64,000 nt of DNA, taken from contig JBKAGS010000002.1 of the NCBI GenBank assembly GCA_046290505.1, positions 41,790-105,789 of the forward strand, in the 5' to 3' direction. Below, in pieces: positions 44,221-52,640 of this stretch. Source of the DNA: Phycisphaeraceae bacterium (GTDB lineage Bacteria; Planctomycetota; Phycisphaerae; Phycisphaerales; Phycisphaeraceae). The notes below the pieces were generated by a model that saw only the letters and a list, made by a program, of their open reading frames with translations, did no database searches and had not been told where the DNA came from. The position numbers and the translations under genes are program-made. Within the stretch, counting starts at the first letter, position 1, and the number at the start of each line of letters is the position of its first letter.

Positions 44221-46533
44221 TCAATGCCAACCCCCGGCTAAGGATGAGAGGCGGATCGGCTGAGGCTTTGCTTCTCGAGTCTGCAGTTCGACACCGAAGC
44301 GCACCCCGCACATGCTCGCGGCGACGGCGCAGCCGACCAGACAGTCGAGCCAGTGGTTGTCGGGCTTGCTGGGTTTGATCGACCACTCGCAGACCGATCG
44401 ACCGTGCCCCTCGGTCCGGACGAAGGTCTCTGCTCCGGCGACATGGTCGGCGAGCAGCCGGTGCTCACCTTTCGCACTGGCCTTGCCGAAGATCGTCATC
44501 GCTCCGCGATCCCCAGAGCTCGTTGCGAGTCGAGCGTGCAGAAAGCTCTTCCAGAAATTGGTATCGATCATCACGTGCCGCAGTTCACTCGTGCGAGACA
44601 CGTTAGGCACGTACCAGTGATGGCCGTGACGTTCACCACGTTTGCGGCGGTAGGTGCTCATCGGTTTCTGGCCGGCGCGGATGCCCACTCCCTTTGATGG
44701 CATGACCACGCCTGATCCGCCGGGGAGTTGAAGGCAGGCGTTCTCGATCACGCCGGGCAGGTAACCCGCATCGACCAGGCATCGTTCGATCTGCGCGACA
44801 CCACCACCGCCCGCGATCGACCATTGCGCGGAGAGCAGCTTCGGCAGCAACTCCATCAGCCCGGCCTGCACCGCGCCCTCGATCCCCGCACCAGTGAACC
44901 GACCGGCCAGGGTCTTATTCGCATCCCTCAATGTGAAGTAGCGACGCCGTTGGTCGGGATAGGTGCCGTAGTCGATGACGTAGCCGGTGAAGTCGGGCTC
45001 CCACGCGCAGACCGCGTAGTACAACAGCTTCTCTTGCACGTCGATGAATGCAGTCACGCAGTTCGCTGACTTGGGCACCTGCATCCGCGGGCGACCGTTG
45101 ATTTTGCTCGCCACCTGGTCGGGGGTCAGCAAGTCCTCGTCCAACTGCGCGCTCAGCGGCTCGTTCTGATACTCCGCGAAGAACGCTTCTTCGTCCCGCA
45201 GCTTGAGGTTCATCGCGTGCTGCAGGGCCGAGAGTTCGTCCGCGTTGAAACGCTCGGGCCATGCGGTCTGTGCGCCACGGTCCATCTTCGCGCGGTGCTC
45301 ATCATAAAACGCGGTCGCACGCTTGCCGCCGTCTCCCTCGCGCAGGCCCTCGGCCCGGAGTTGAGCGTACTGGTCCCAGAGCTTTTCCGCTTCGGTGCTG
45401 GCGGGGAAGGCGTAGACCATCTTCGTGCATTCGCCTTGCCACTCGGGGTTCTTCTCGCGGTCGAGGATCTGGTCGGCCAGGTCGTCGTGATAAATCTTGG
45501 TGCAGGTCATGAAGCCCGCGATCTTCACGTTCGGCCCGGCCATGCCCAGCACGTCACCATTCAAGATCGAGAGCCGGTGCTTGGTCTGCGTGGGGGAGGC
45601 GGCGGATTGTCGGGTCTGCGGGTCGTCGAGGATGACCAGCGATGGGCGGACGACGGTGCCGTCGAGCTTGGTGTGGTGCTGGCCACGGATGTTCGAGTCC
45701 AGGCCGGCCACGGTGATGATCGCGCCCGACGATGGCGAGCCCTCCATCGTCGGCATGACCAGTCGGTCAGCCGCCCAGGTGATGTACGTCGGCTTGCCGT
45801 TGCAGAGTTGGCCCGCCTGCTTGCGTGCGTTGTTTTCGAGCTTGCGGATCGGGTAGATCGCCTCGGGGAAGTCTTCGAGCAGGCGTTCGTTGCCGAGCAT
45901 CTCGCGGCGGATCGCGTCGAGCATCATCTTCGCCTGGTCCTCGGCCGAGCCGATCAGACAGATGTAGTCGCGGTAGCCGCAGAGCAGCGCCCACAACCCC
46001 GCCGCCCGGCAGAGCGTCGTCTTGCCCGAGCCGCGTGGCATTGCGAAGGCGAACAAGCCGCCCTCGAGCACCGACCGCTCGATCTTCTCGATGATGCGCA
46101 GGTGGTCCTCGCTCCACGGCAGACTGAACGCGGCAGGGAAGTAGGTCGTGCAGAAGGCCTCGAAGCTCTTCTCGCAGCGACGGCGGCGAGCGGCGTTGAC
46201 CACCTCCGGTGGCGGGCCGATGTCGCGGCCGATGCGGCTAGCGGCGAGCTTGCGTTCGAGGTCGCGGCGCAGGCGTGCTTCGTAGGCGCTGCCGGTCTCG
46301 GCGGGATCGGCGCGATCCGCATCTTCATCGCGCCGTCGGGCCATCCACGCAACGTACTTGATGAGGTTGATGCGCTTGCCGTCCGGCGAGGTCACACGCA
46401 GGCCCGCCTCGTTGAGCTGTCGATGCAGGCGTGGCGCATTCGTTACCGCGCCCAACGGCGTGCTGTTGAGTAGGCGCACCAGCTGCGTCGGGCTGAGGTT
46501 CTGCGGATCGAGTTGGCGGCGGGGATCAGGCAT
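44221..46533 (-). CDS. terL: Terminase large subunit
   Basis: 770 aa. Walker A in FAFAMPRGSGKTTLCRAAGLW, Walker B-like LVILDDPQ. C-terminal nuclease-like half. Positioned upstream of gpW-like and portal. Confidence 0.8.
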   Translation of the reverse strand: MPDPRRQLDPQNLSPTQLVRLLNSTPLGAVTNAPRLHRQLNEAGLRVTSPDGKRINLIKYVAWMARRRDEDADRADPAETGSAYEARLRRDLERKLAASRIGRDIGPPPEVVNAARRRRCEKSFEAFCTTYFPAAFSLPWSEDHLRIIEKIERSVLEGGLFAFAMPRGSGKTTLCRAAGLWALLCGYRDYICLIGSAEDQAKMMLDAIRREMLGNERLLEDFPEAIYPIRKLENNARKQAGQLCNGKPTYITWAADRLVMPTMEGSPSSGAIITVAGLDSNIRGQHHTKLDGTVVRPSLVILDDPQTRQSAASPTQTKHRLSILNGDVLGMAGPNVKIAGFMTCTKIYHDDLADQILDREKNPEWQGECTKMVYAFPASTEAEKLWDQYAQLRAEGLREGDGGKRATAFYDEHRAKMDRGAQTAWPERFNADELSALQHAMNLKLRDEEAFFAEYQNEPLSAQLDEDLLTPDQVASKINGRPRMQVPKSANCVTAFIDVQEKLLYYAVCAWEPDFTGYVIDYGTYPDQRRRYFTLRDANKTLAGRFTGAGIEGAVQAGLMELLPKLLSAQWSIAGGGGVAQIERCLVDAGYLPGVIENACLQLPGGSGVVMPSKGVGIRAGQKPMSTYRRKRGERHGHHWYVPNVSRTSELRHVMIDTNFWKSFLHARLATSSGDRGAMTIFGKASAKGEHRLLADHVAGAETFVRTEGHGRSVCEWSIKPSKPDNHWLDCLVGCAVAASMCGVRFGVELQTREAKPQPIRLSSLAGGWH

Positions 46534-46771
46534 CGGGTTCGGACGGTTCCATATTCAGCCAGGCGGCGTAGTGCACGAGGTTGAGTCGATCCCCACCCCC
46601 GGGGCCGGGTTGCCGGGGTGCCCCCTCGGCCAGGTGGCGGCGGATCGTGGCCTCGGGCACGCCTAGCGCCCGGGCCAGTTCCGCGACCGACATCGAGGCC
46701 GGGTTGACCGGGGCCTGGGGGCCGTCTTCGGGGATTTCGGGGCCCGGGGGCGGGGGTGTTTCCGTGGGCAA
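46526..46771 (-). CDS. Small HTH DNA-binding protein (candidate small terminase subunit)
   Basis: 81 aa. TTG start with AGGAG upstream. HTH MSVAELARALGVPEATIRRHL. Overlaps the terL start by 8 nt. Confidence 0.45.
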   Translation of the reverse strand: MPTETPPPPGPEIPEDGPQAPVNPASMSVAELARALGVPEATIRRHLAEGAPRQPGPGGGDRLNLVHYAAWLNMEPSEPDA

Positions 46772-46797
46772 AATATTCTCCTAAATAACTGCAATTA

Positions 46798-46826
46798 CTG
46801 GAATTAACGCCTTGATTAACTTCCAG
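46798..46826. promoter_or_regulatory. Imperfect inverted repeat CTGGAATTAA-N8-TTAACTTCCAG in the AT-rich divergent promoter region
   Basis: Read directly. Lies between the packaging operon (minus) and the 5-gene cassette (plus). A TGGAAC element (minus strand) is at 46847..46852. Confidence 0.4.
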
Positions 46827-46867
46827 GATCGAGGCTTAATGTGGTTGTTCCAACCCGGAGATACGCG

Positions 46868-47062
46868 ATGCAAAACACCCGCCTGAACCTCGACGACTAC
46901 CGCCCGACCAGCCCCGCCTACCAGGGCCGGCTGCGGGACGACCTCCAGAACTACAAGGCCTTCGGGGCCAACGGCCGGGCCTACAGCGACCTGGTCCGCC
47001 GGGCCAAGAAGGTCGCCAAGGCCACAGGCCTGACCGTCCAAGAGATCTTCGAACAAGCCTGA
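46868..47062 (+). CDS. Hypothetical small protein (cassette gene 1)
   Basis: ATG at 46868 with GGAG 8 nt upstream. 64 aa. Confidence 0.55.
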   Translation: MQNTRLNLDDYRPTSPAYQGRLRDDLQNYKAFGANGRAYSDLVRRAKKVAKATGLTVQEIFEQA

Positions 47063-47101
47063 ACCCCGTCCCCGGAATTCAAACCAAGAACGGAGCCCGC
47101 C

Positions 47102-47302
47102 ATGACCACCGCCAAGCCCACCAAGACCGCGCTCAAGACCATCGAACGGATCGCCCGCGAGGAGCTCGACCTTGAAACGCTCGAAACCCGCAAGTGGGAC
47201 AGCTACGACTTCAAAGAGCACGCGGTCTGGAGCATCAAGAAGGCGCTGCTCGAGGCCTACGCCGCAGGCTTCGAAGCAGGCAAAGCCTCTCGCGCCAAGT
47301 AA
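47102..47302 (+). CDS. Hypothetical small protein (cassette gene 2)
   Basis: ATG with GGAG upstream. 66 aa, helical and charged. Confidence 0.55.
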   Translation: MTTAKPTKTALKTIERIAREELDLETLETRKWDSYDFKEHAVWSIKKALLEAYAAGFEAGKASRAK

Positions 47303-47338
47303 GCCCACCCACACCAACCCCTCACCCGGAGCACACCC

Positions 47339-47557
47339 ATGCCCAAGCAACCCCAAGGACACGACGACACGGAACTCTTCGAACACATCCGCGAGCAGTT
47401 CAGCCCCGAGGCCGTCGCCGCGATCGCGGCCTGGCTTCAGCCCGCCAGCACGAACAATCCCGAGGTCGACCGCCAGATGCAATGGCTGATCGACAAGCTC
47501 ATCGAGATGCTCGGGGTCGAGCAATACAACGCCCTCTGTGATGACCTGGGACTGTGA
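47339..47557 (+). CDS. Hypothetical small acidic protein (cassette gene 3)
   Basis: ATG with GGAG upstream. 72 aa. Confidence 0.55.
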   Translation: MPKQPQGHDDTELFEHIREQFSPEAVAAIAAWLQPASTNNPEVDRQMQWLIDKLIEMLGVEQYNALCDDLGL

Positions 47558-47599
47558 GCCCAGGTCTTTTTCTATACCCCCTCCGAAAGGAAACGCATC

Positions 47600-48241
47600 A
47601 TGAAGAAAGACCAAGTACTGATCGGACAGCTCTACGCCGCGAAGATCACGGACAAGATCGTGCCCGTCCGCATCGACGCCGAGCACAAAGACGGCGGCTG
47701 GACCGCCACCAACACCCAGACCAACCGAAAGGTCCGGATCAAGACGGCGCAGAAGCTGCGGAACAAGATCGGCTCGACACCGAAGGACGACAGCGACAAA
47801 CCCGCCACGCGCCAGGCCGTCAAGAAGAAGCTCTCCGCCGCCGAACGCAAGAAGCTGCTCGCCCAGCACAAGGCCGACCAGGAGAACGCGCGTCTGCGTG
47901 AAGAGCGCGAAGCCAGCCCCGAGGGCATGACCGCAAGCGAAGCGGCGATGAGCAAGAGCGCTGGCAAGAAGCGGACGAAGAAGGCCAAGGACGCCCCGGC
48001 CAATTCCGGGGGGAAGCTCAGCCTGATCGCCGCCGCCGCGCAGGTTCTCGCCAAGGCGAAGAAGCCCATGACCACCAAGGAGATGGTGGACCAGGTTGTC
48101 GCCGCCGGGCTCTGGACTCCGGGCGCGGGCAAGACGCCCCACGCCACGCTCTACAGCGCCATCCTCCGCGACCTGAAGTCCGAGACCCCGCGCTTCGAGA
48201 AGGTTGATCGCGGACAGTTCACCTTGGCGAAGGGAGCGTGA
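47600..48241 (+). CDS. Lys-rich DNA-binding-like protein with a C-terminal HARE-HTH-like winged helix
   Basis: 213 aa. AAGGAA upstream. C-terminus LSLIAAAAQVLAKAKKPMTTKEMVDQVVAAGLWTPGAGKTPHATLYSAILRDLKSETPRFEKVDRGQFTL matches the HARE-HTH pattern. Central KK/AK-rich linker. Confidence 0.6.
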   Translation: MKKDQVLIGQLYAAKITDKIVPVRIDAEHKDGGWTATNTQTNRKVRIKTAQKLRNKIGSTPKDDSDKPATRQAVKKKLSAAERKKLLAQHKADQENARLREEREASPEGMTASEAAMSKSAGKKRTKKAKDAPANSGGKLSLIAAAAQVLAKAKKPMTTKEMVDQVVAAGLWTPGAGKTPHATLYSAILRDLKSETPRFEKVDRGQFTLAKGA

Positions 48242-48244
48242 CCG

Positions 48245-48595
48245 ATGCCGACGCGAAGCAGAAACCGCATCGTCACCTTCGACGTCGTCGATGACCACCT
48301 GGAGATGAAGGTCGTCTTCCCCGACAACCCGGCCCGGGACTACGTGCATCGCTGCACCCGGGACATCTTCCGCGAGGTCGCCTTCACGATCGAAGAGAAG
48401 GCGGCGGGCGGAACGACGCTCGAAGATCTGGTCGCCGCGATGGACGCGCCCTTCACGCAGGTCAACGTCGCCTTGGCCTTCATGAAAGAACGCGGGTGCG
48501 TCGAGGTCCGACACAGACGCACCTATCCCGCCTCGGGCGCGCTCTACGAGGACGCAATGATCGAGTTCTGCTACCTGGCTGACGCGCCGTACTGA
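48245..48595 (+). CDS. Hypothetical protein (cassette gene 5)
   Basis: ATG with GGGAG upstream. 116 aa. Converges on the methyltransferase gene with a 5-nt gap. Confidence 0.55.
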   Translation: MPTRSRNRIVTFDVVDDHLEMKVVFPDNPARDYVHRCTRDIFREVAFTIEEKAAGGTTLEDLVAAMDAPFTQVNVALAFMKERGCVEVRHRRTYPASGALYEDAMIEFCYLADAPY

Positions 48596-48600
48596 CCGCA

Positions 48601-49986
48601 TCAAACACCCGCTTCCTCTACCCCGGCGCTGGCCGGGGTTTTCTCAGTCAAGGCGGGGATGCGTTCCGCCTTCTGCCCGGTGAACTTCTCCCAGCGTTCA
48701 ACAATGACATCGCAGTACGGCGGGTCGAGTTCCATCAGGAACGCGCGACGCCCGGTCTGTTCACAGCCGATCAGCGTCGAGCCGCTGCCGCCGAAGAGGT
48801 CGAGCACGTTCTGTCCGGGCTGGGACGAGTATTGGATCGCACGCACCGCGAGTTCGACGGGCTTCTCGGTCAAGTGAACCATCGACTGCGGGTTGACCTT
48901 CTTCACGTGCCAGAGGTCGGTCGCGTTGTTCGGGCCGTAGAACTTGTGGCCCGCGCCTTCCTTCCAGCCGTAGAACGCGATCTCGAACGCGCCCATGAAG
49001 TCCTTTCGCGTCAGCACCGGGTGCTGCTTGTCCCACACGATGCCCTGCGAGAAGTACAGCCCGGCACGTTTGAGAGGCGCGGGGTAGTTGCCGAGGTTGG
49101 CGTAGCCGCCCCAGACGTAGAACGATCCACCGGGCACGAGCACGCGCGAGGCGTTGCCGAACCAGGCGTCGAGCATCTCATCGAACGCCTCGTCGGTCAC
49201 GAAGTCGTTGGCGAGCGGCCGGTCCTTCGCTCGCATCTGCTTGTGCGTCGGCTTGGACTTTTCGGGGTGCCGGGCGAGGTCGAGCTTCTGGTGGTGCCCG
49301 CCTGATCCTTTGGCTTTGGGGAAAGAAGAGTTGCCCGCGGCGATCGCGTTGTTGCTGCGCGGCTCGACCTTCACGTTGTACGGCGGGTCCATGTTGACCA
49401 AGTGGATCGTCTCGCCGTCGAGGAGCCGGTCGAGGTCATCGGGCTTGGTCGAGTCGCCACACATCAGGCGGTGGTTGCCGAGCACCCAGATGTCGCCGCG
49501 CTGCGTGACCGGGTCGGCCGGGGGCTCGGGGATGTCGTCGGGATCGGTATTGCCGGCGGTGACGCCTTCTTCGCCGGAGAGCAGTCGCGCGAGCTCGTCG
49601 CCGTCGAAGCCGAGCAGGTCCAGGTCGAACCCCTCGTCGCGTAGACCGGCCAGTTCGATCGGCAAGAGGTCGAAGTCCCAGTCCGCAATCGTCGCGGTCT
49701 GGTTGTCGGCGATGCGGTAGGCGCGGAGCTTATCGGCGGGCAGGTCCTTGGCGACATGCACCGGTACCTTCTCGAAGCCGAGCTTGGTCGCGGCCTTCCA
49801 CCGGGTGTGGCCGACGACGATAACGCCGTCGCCATCAACGACGATCGGTTGGCGGAACCCGAACTGCTCGATGCTGCGCGCGACGGCATCGACCGCTTCA
49901 TCATTGAGCCGGGGGTTGTGCTCATAGGGCTTGATGCTGGCCAGGGGACGGAGTTCGATCTTCAAGTTGTGTTGCGTTGCGGTCAT
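48601..49986 (-). CDS. ParB-like nuclease domain fused to a beta-class DNA methyltransferase (N6A/N4C)
   Basis: 461 aa. ParB-N motifs (IKPYEHNPRLN...VVGHTRWKAA). Catalytic VNMDPPYNV precedes the AdoMet motif LDLFGGSGST. Confidence 0.85.
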   Translation of the reverse strand: MTATQHNLKIELRPLASIKPYEHNPRLNDEAVDAVARSIEQFGFRQPIVVDGDGVIVVGHTRWKAATKLGFEKVPVHVAKDLPADKLRAYRIADNQTATIADWDFDLLPIELAGLRDEGFDLDLLGFDGDELARLLSGEEGVTAGNTDPDDIPEPPADPVTQRGDIWVLGNHRLMCGDSTKPDDLDRLLDGETIHLVNMDPPYNVKVEPRSNNAIAAGNSSFPKAKGSGGHHQKLDLARHPEKSKPTHKQMRAKDRPLANDFVTDEAFDEMLDAWFGNASRVLVPGGSFYVWGGYANLGNYPAPLKRAGLYFSQGIVWDKQHPVLTRKDFMGAFEIAFYGWKEGAGHKFYGPNNATDLWHVKKVNPQSMVHLTEKPVELAVRAIQYSSQPGQNVLDLFGGSGSTLIGCEQTGRRAFLMELDPPYCDVIVERWEKFTGQKAERIPALTEKTPASAGVEEAGV

Positions 49987-50324
49987 CGGGGTGTCCTTGC
50001 GTTGGGGTTGTTGGTTAGGGATATTCCGGGGGCGAACGAATCAAACAAACGGCGCGTCCGTTCCCGCCGGGGGTGGGAGGGAGAGGGGGTCGCCGGAGTA
50101 CCTAATCCCGCCTCGTCTCTGCCACTCTGGCACCCCGGCGGGAGTTCGCCCACGTTGGCCCGTGTTGCGGCGGTGGCCGGGTCGAAGGGTTGTCCGACCA
50201 CGTTCGTGCTCTAGCACACGGCCCAACGTGGCGCGATGTTGTGCGACGCGGTTACCACCACCACACGCGCGTAGGCGCGCGGAGGCGAAAATGGGCCTAT
50301 CTACGCGTGCGCGAGGGGGGTAGA

Positions 50325-50492
50325 TGAGGGAATGAGGGAATAGAAGAGAGAGAGTTGTTTCTTCTTGTTTTTCTTGACTTTTCACCTTCTCCAGTTCCCA
50401 CATCGGGCATGCGGTAACCGTGTGGCAACTGAGGGAACGACCCCTCAGATCGGCCTGAGTTCCCACATCAGAATGAGGGAACTGTGGGAACT
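50325..50492. repeat. Iteron cluster: TGAGGGAA x4 and AGTTCCCACA x3 (two direct as 12-mers, one inverted), plus a 7-6-7 palindrome
   Basis: TGAGGGAA at 50325, 50333, 50430 and 50474. AGTTCCCACATC at 50393 and 50458. TGTGGGAACT at 50483. CTGAGGG-aacgac-CCCTCAG at 50429..50448. Confidence 0.8.
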
Positions 50493-50507
50493 CGGTGCTA
50501 ACTCGGA

Positions 50508-52640
50508 TCATCGTTCGCCCTCCGGTGTTAGTCGGTATCGCAGGCCTGAGCGCCCGCCGCGCGAGGTTGAGCCGGCCTGGAACTCGATGCGTTCCTGACC
50601 GAGCAGGGCGTCACGCACCTCGTCCATCTCACGGTCCGACCACTTGAGCCGGCGCGACAAGTCCCAGTGCGGCATCCACGCATCGCCGCGTCGCTGACGC
50701 CATGCGGCGAGCACCTCGGTCATGCGTTTGCACTTGCTGTCGAACTCGCCTTCGGCCACATACTGGTCGGCCATGTAGAGCATCCGCCGGGTCTGGTAGT
50801 CCACGAACCGCCACGCCCATCGGGCTGCCGACTCGGTGATCTGCGGCGAGCGGTGGTTCTCGCTGACGGCGTAGATCAATGCGAGCTTGCGGGCCTTCTC
50901 GTAAGCGCGGGCCCAGATCGCCATCGCGGTGGGGTCGTCCTTCTCCTCGGCTTGCGCGTAGCGAGCATCGGCCTCTTCACGGAGTTCGCGGAAGACCGCT
51001 TTGGCTTGAGCCGTCTCGGGCACGAGCGCGGGTCTGGGGTGCCAGCGGGAGAGGTTGGCTTTGCCGCTCGCTCCGGGGGCCGGTTCGTACTGCACCCACC
51101 ACTGGGCGGTCTCGACGATCTGCTTGGGCAAATCTTCGCCAGAGGGGTCTTGGCCCTGACCGCGTTTACTCGCTTCGAGGATCAGGAGTCGTGCAAAGAA
51201 GCCGTTGTTGAGCATCCGCATCGACAGCGCTTCGTAGTAGTAGCGGGGCACGGCGGTGCCGAGCATGCAGAGCGAGGGCTGGTCTATGACGCCGGGTTCG
51301 TCCTTGCCGGCCTTCACGCGCATCGGGTAGATCGCGTTGCTGCTCGTATACATCTTCAGCAGCACGTTGAGGATGCTCTCGTGCCGGGCGTCGCCGGCGC
51401 GGTTGATGGACTGCATCAATCCGTCGATCTCGTCGGTCTGGAACAGCATCGAGGGCTGGGCGAACAGGCGGTCTTCGATGCCTTCGCCACTGGCGAACTT
51501 GTCGCCCATGCACCCCGGTAGGTCGGCGGCGACCAAGATGCGTTGATTCACTTTCCGTGGGTGGTCCTTGCCCGCGCCGGAGTTGGCCAGGGCCAGGACG
51601 TACAGGTTGGTGCGACTATCCGAAGCGTCGCGGACCTTGCGCCCTGCGAGGAAGGCCTGCAGCGCGATCGCGCCGGCGAAGGCGAGGATCGGCTGCGGGT
51701 ACGGCGCGGTGCGGAGCGTGTACTGCATCACCTCCTGCACGAACCCGGGCACATTCAAAAGGTCGTCGGGGAATGCGCCGGGATCGTCAGACCCCGATGT
51801 CGCTTCACTTGCAGTTGCCAGATTCCGGGGGCGGTCCTGGTCGTAGTGGTTCTCGACGAGTGCAGTGGCCACGGCGTCGGGCTCGTAGCGCGCGATGCTC
51901 GTTGCGATCCGATCCACTTCAAGGGTTGGAAGCGGGGGCTCGCAGCGGGAGGCGTTGGTCGCCTGCAGGGCGGCGGCGATCTCGTCTCGACCCATGCCGA
52001 CACGACGCATTGCGCCGGCCAGCCGGGCGAGTGTCGCGTTGCGTTCGCCCGAAGGGATCGCGTTGGCGTTATACGATGTGTGCGGTGTGATCGTCGGCTC
52101 GGACGCGAGGGCATCGAGCATCTCGATCAGCCACGCCGGGGGCAGCGGCAACGCGTCGGGTCCATCCTCCAACTCGAAGCCGGGTACCCAGGCGTACTGC
52201 TTGTCACCGACGAGCACGGACGGGGGAACGACGATGTACCCGCCATCGGCGCGGGTATCGACATGCGGGGCGAGGCTGCCCGTCGTGTTCCGGTAGGCGT
52301 TTGCATCGTGCGGTTGCCGGAAGATGTACTGGCGACCACCGTTGCCGGTTCGGGACTGCGGCGCGACAGCGAGTTCGAGCAGCTTGTCCGGTTCGTCGGT
52401 CAGCCAGGGGTTGTCCGCGCCGTCCACGTCGATGACGATCAGGCCCTGCGTCGGGATGCCGATGTTCGCTCCCGGAAACCGCGTCCACCAGATTTCAATT
52501 TGCGATGCGTCGGTTGACGCGTCCTTGAAGCCGTGCTCAGTCAGCGGACGCTTCATCCCCGGCGCGCACGGGAAGACCGGGTAGCCGAGTTCGGCCAATC
52601 GGAGTGCTTGTTCCAGCATCGTCGTGTTGGTCTTGCTCAT
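50508..52640 (-). CDS. Bifunctional primase-polymerase (Prim-Pol N-terminus) with a DUF3987-like helicase/loader domain
   Basis: 710 aa. LAELGYPVFPCAPGMKRPLTEHGFKDAS and GLIVIDVDG match Prim-Pol. Central YPQPILAFAGAIALQAFLAGRKV...LANSGAGKDHPRK is DUF3987-like. Confidence 0.8.
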   Translation of the reverse strand: MSKTNTTMLEQALRLAELGYPVFPCAPGMKRPLTEHGFKDASTDASQIEIWWTRFPGANIGIPTQGLIVIDVDGADNPWLTDEPDKLLELAVAPQSRTGNGGRQYIFRQPHDANAYRNTTGSLAPHVDTRADGGYIVVPPSVLVGDKQYAWVPGFELEDGPDALPLPPAWLIEMLDALASEPTITPHTSYNANAIPSGERNATLARLAGAMRRVGMGRDEIAAALQATNASRCEPPLPTLEVDRIATSIARYEPDAVATALVENHYDQDRPRNLATASEATSGSDDPGAFPDDLLNVPGFVQEVMQYTLRTAPYPQPILAFAGAIALQAFLAGRKVRDASDSRTNLYVLALANSGAGKDHPRKVNQRILVAADLPGCMGDKFASGEGIEDRLFAQPSMLFQTDEIDGLMQSINRAGDARHESILNVLLKMYTSSNAIYPMRVKAGKDEPGVIDQPSLCMLGTAVPRYYYEALSMRMLNNGFFARLLILEASKRGQGQDPSGEDLPKQIVETAQWWVQYEPAPGASGKANLSRWHPRPALVPETAQAKAVFRELREEADARYAQAEEKDDPTAMAIWARAYEKARKLALIYAVSENHRSPQITESAARWAWRFVDYQTRRMLYMADQYVAEGEFDSKCKRMTEVLAAWRQRRGDAWMPHWDLSRRLKWSDREMDEVRDALLGQERIEFQAGSTSRGGRSGLRYRLTPEGER

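Noticed and set aside
44177-44386. N-terminal 70 codons of ORF 44042..44386 overlapping the terminase 3' end.
   Set aside because: This part is out-of-frame overlap with terL and has a junk-like composition. Only the C-terminal zinc-ribbon part (from GTG 44176) looks genuine, and even that start is uncertain.
27672-46771. Gene transfer agent (GTA) rather than prophage, prompted by the rcc01693-like chaperone domain and the apparent lack of a lysin.
   Set aside because: The cluster is contiguous with its own recombinase, sigma factor, primase, helicase and methyltransferase. Its portal and capsid are of lambda/Mu type rather than the RcGTA layout. It is also a ~36-kb element at a tRNA.
46781-48604. 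607-aa minus-strand ORF spanning the whole plus-strand cassette.
   Set aside because: The translation is low-complexity (G/L/R/V-rich) and no start signal is present. The five plus-strand ORFs each have a GGAG-type SD and protein-like composition.
49983-50598. ORFs in the 520-bp gap (49983..50201, 50041..50511, 49931..50323, 50365..50598).
   Set aside because: They have no SD signals, they cross iterons and palindromes, and their translations are junk-like. The region is better explained as regulatory or origin DNA.
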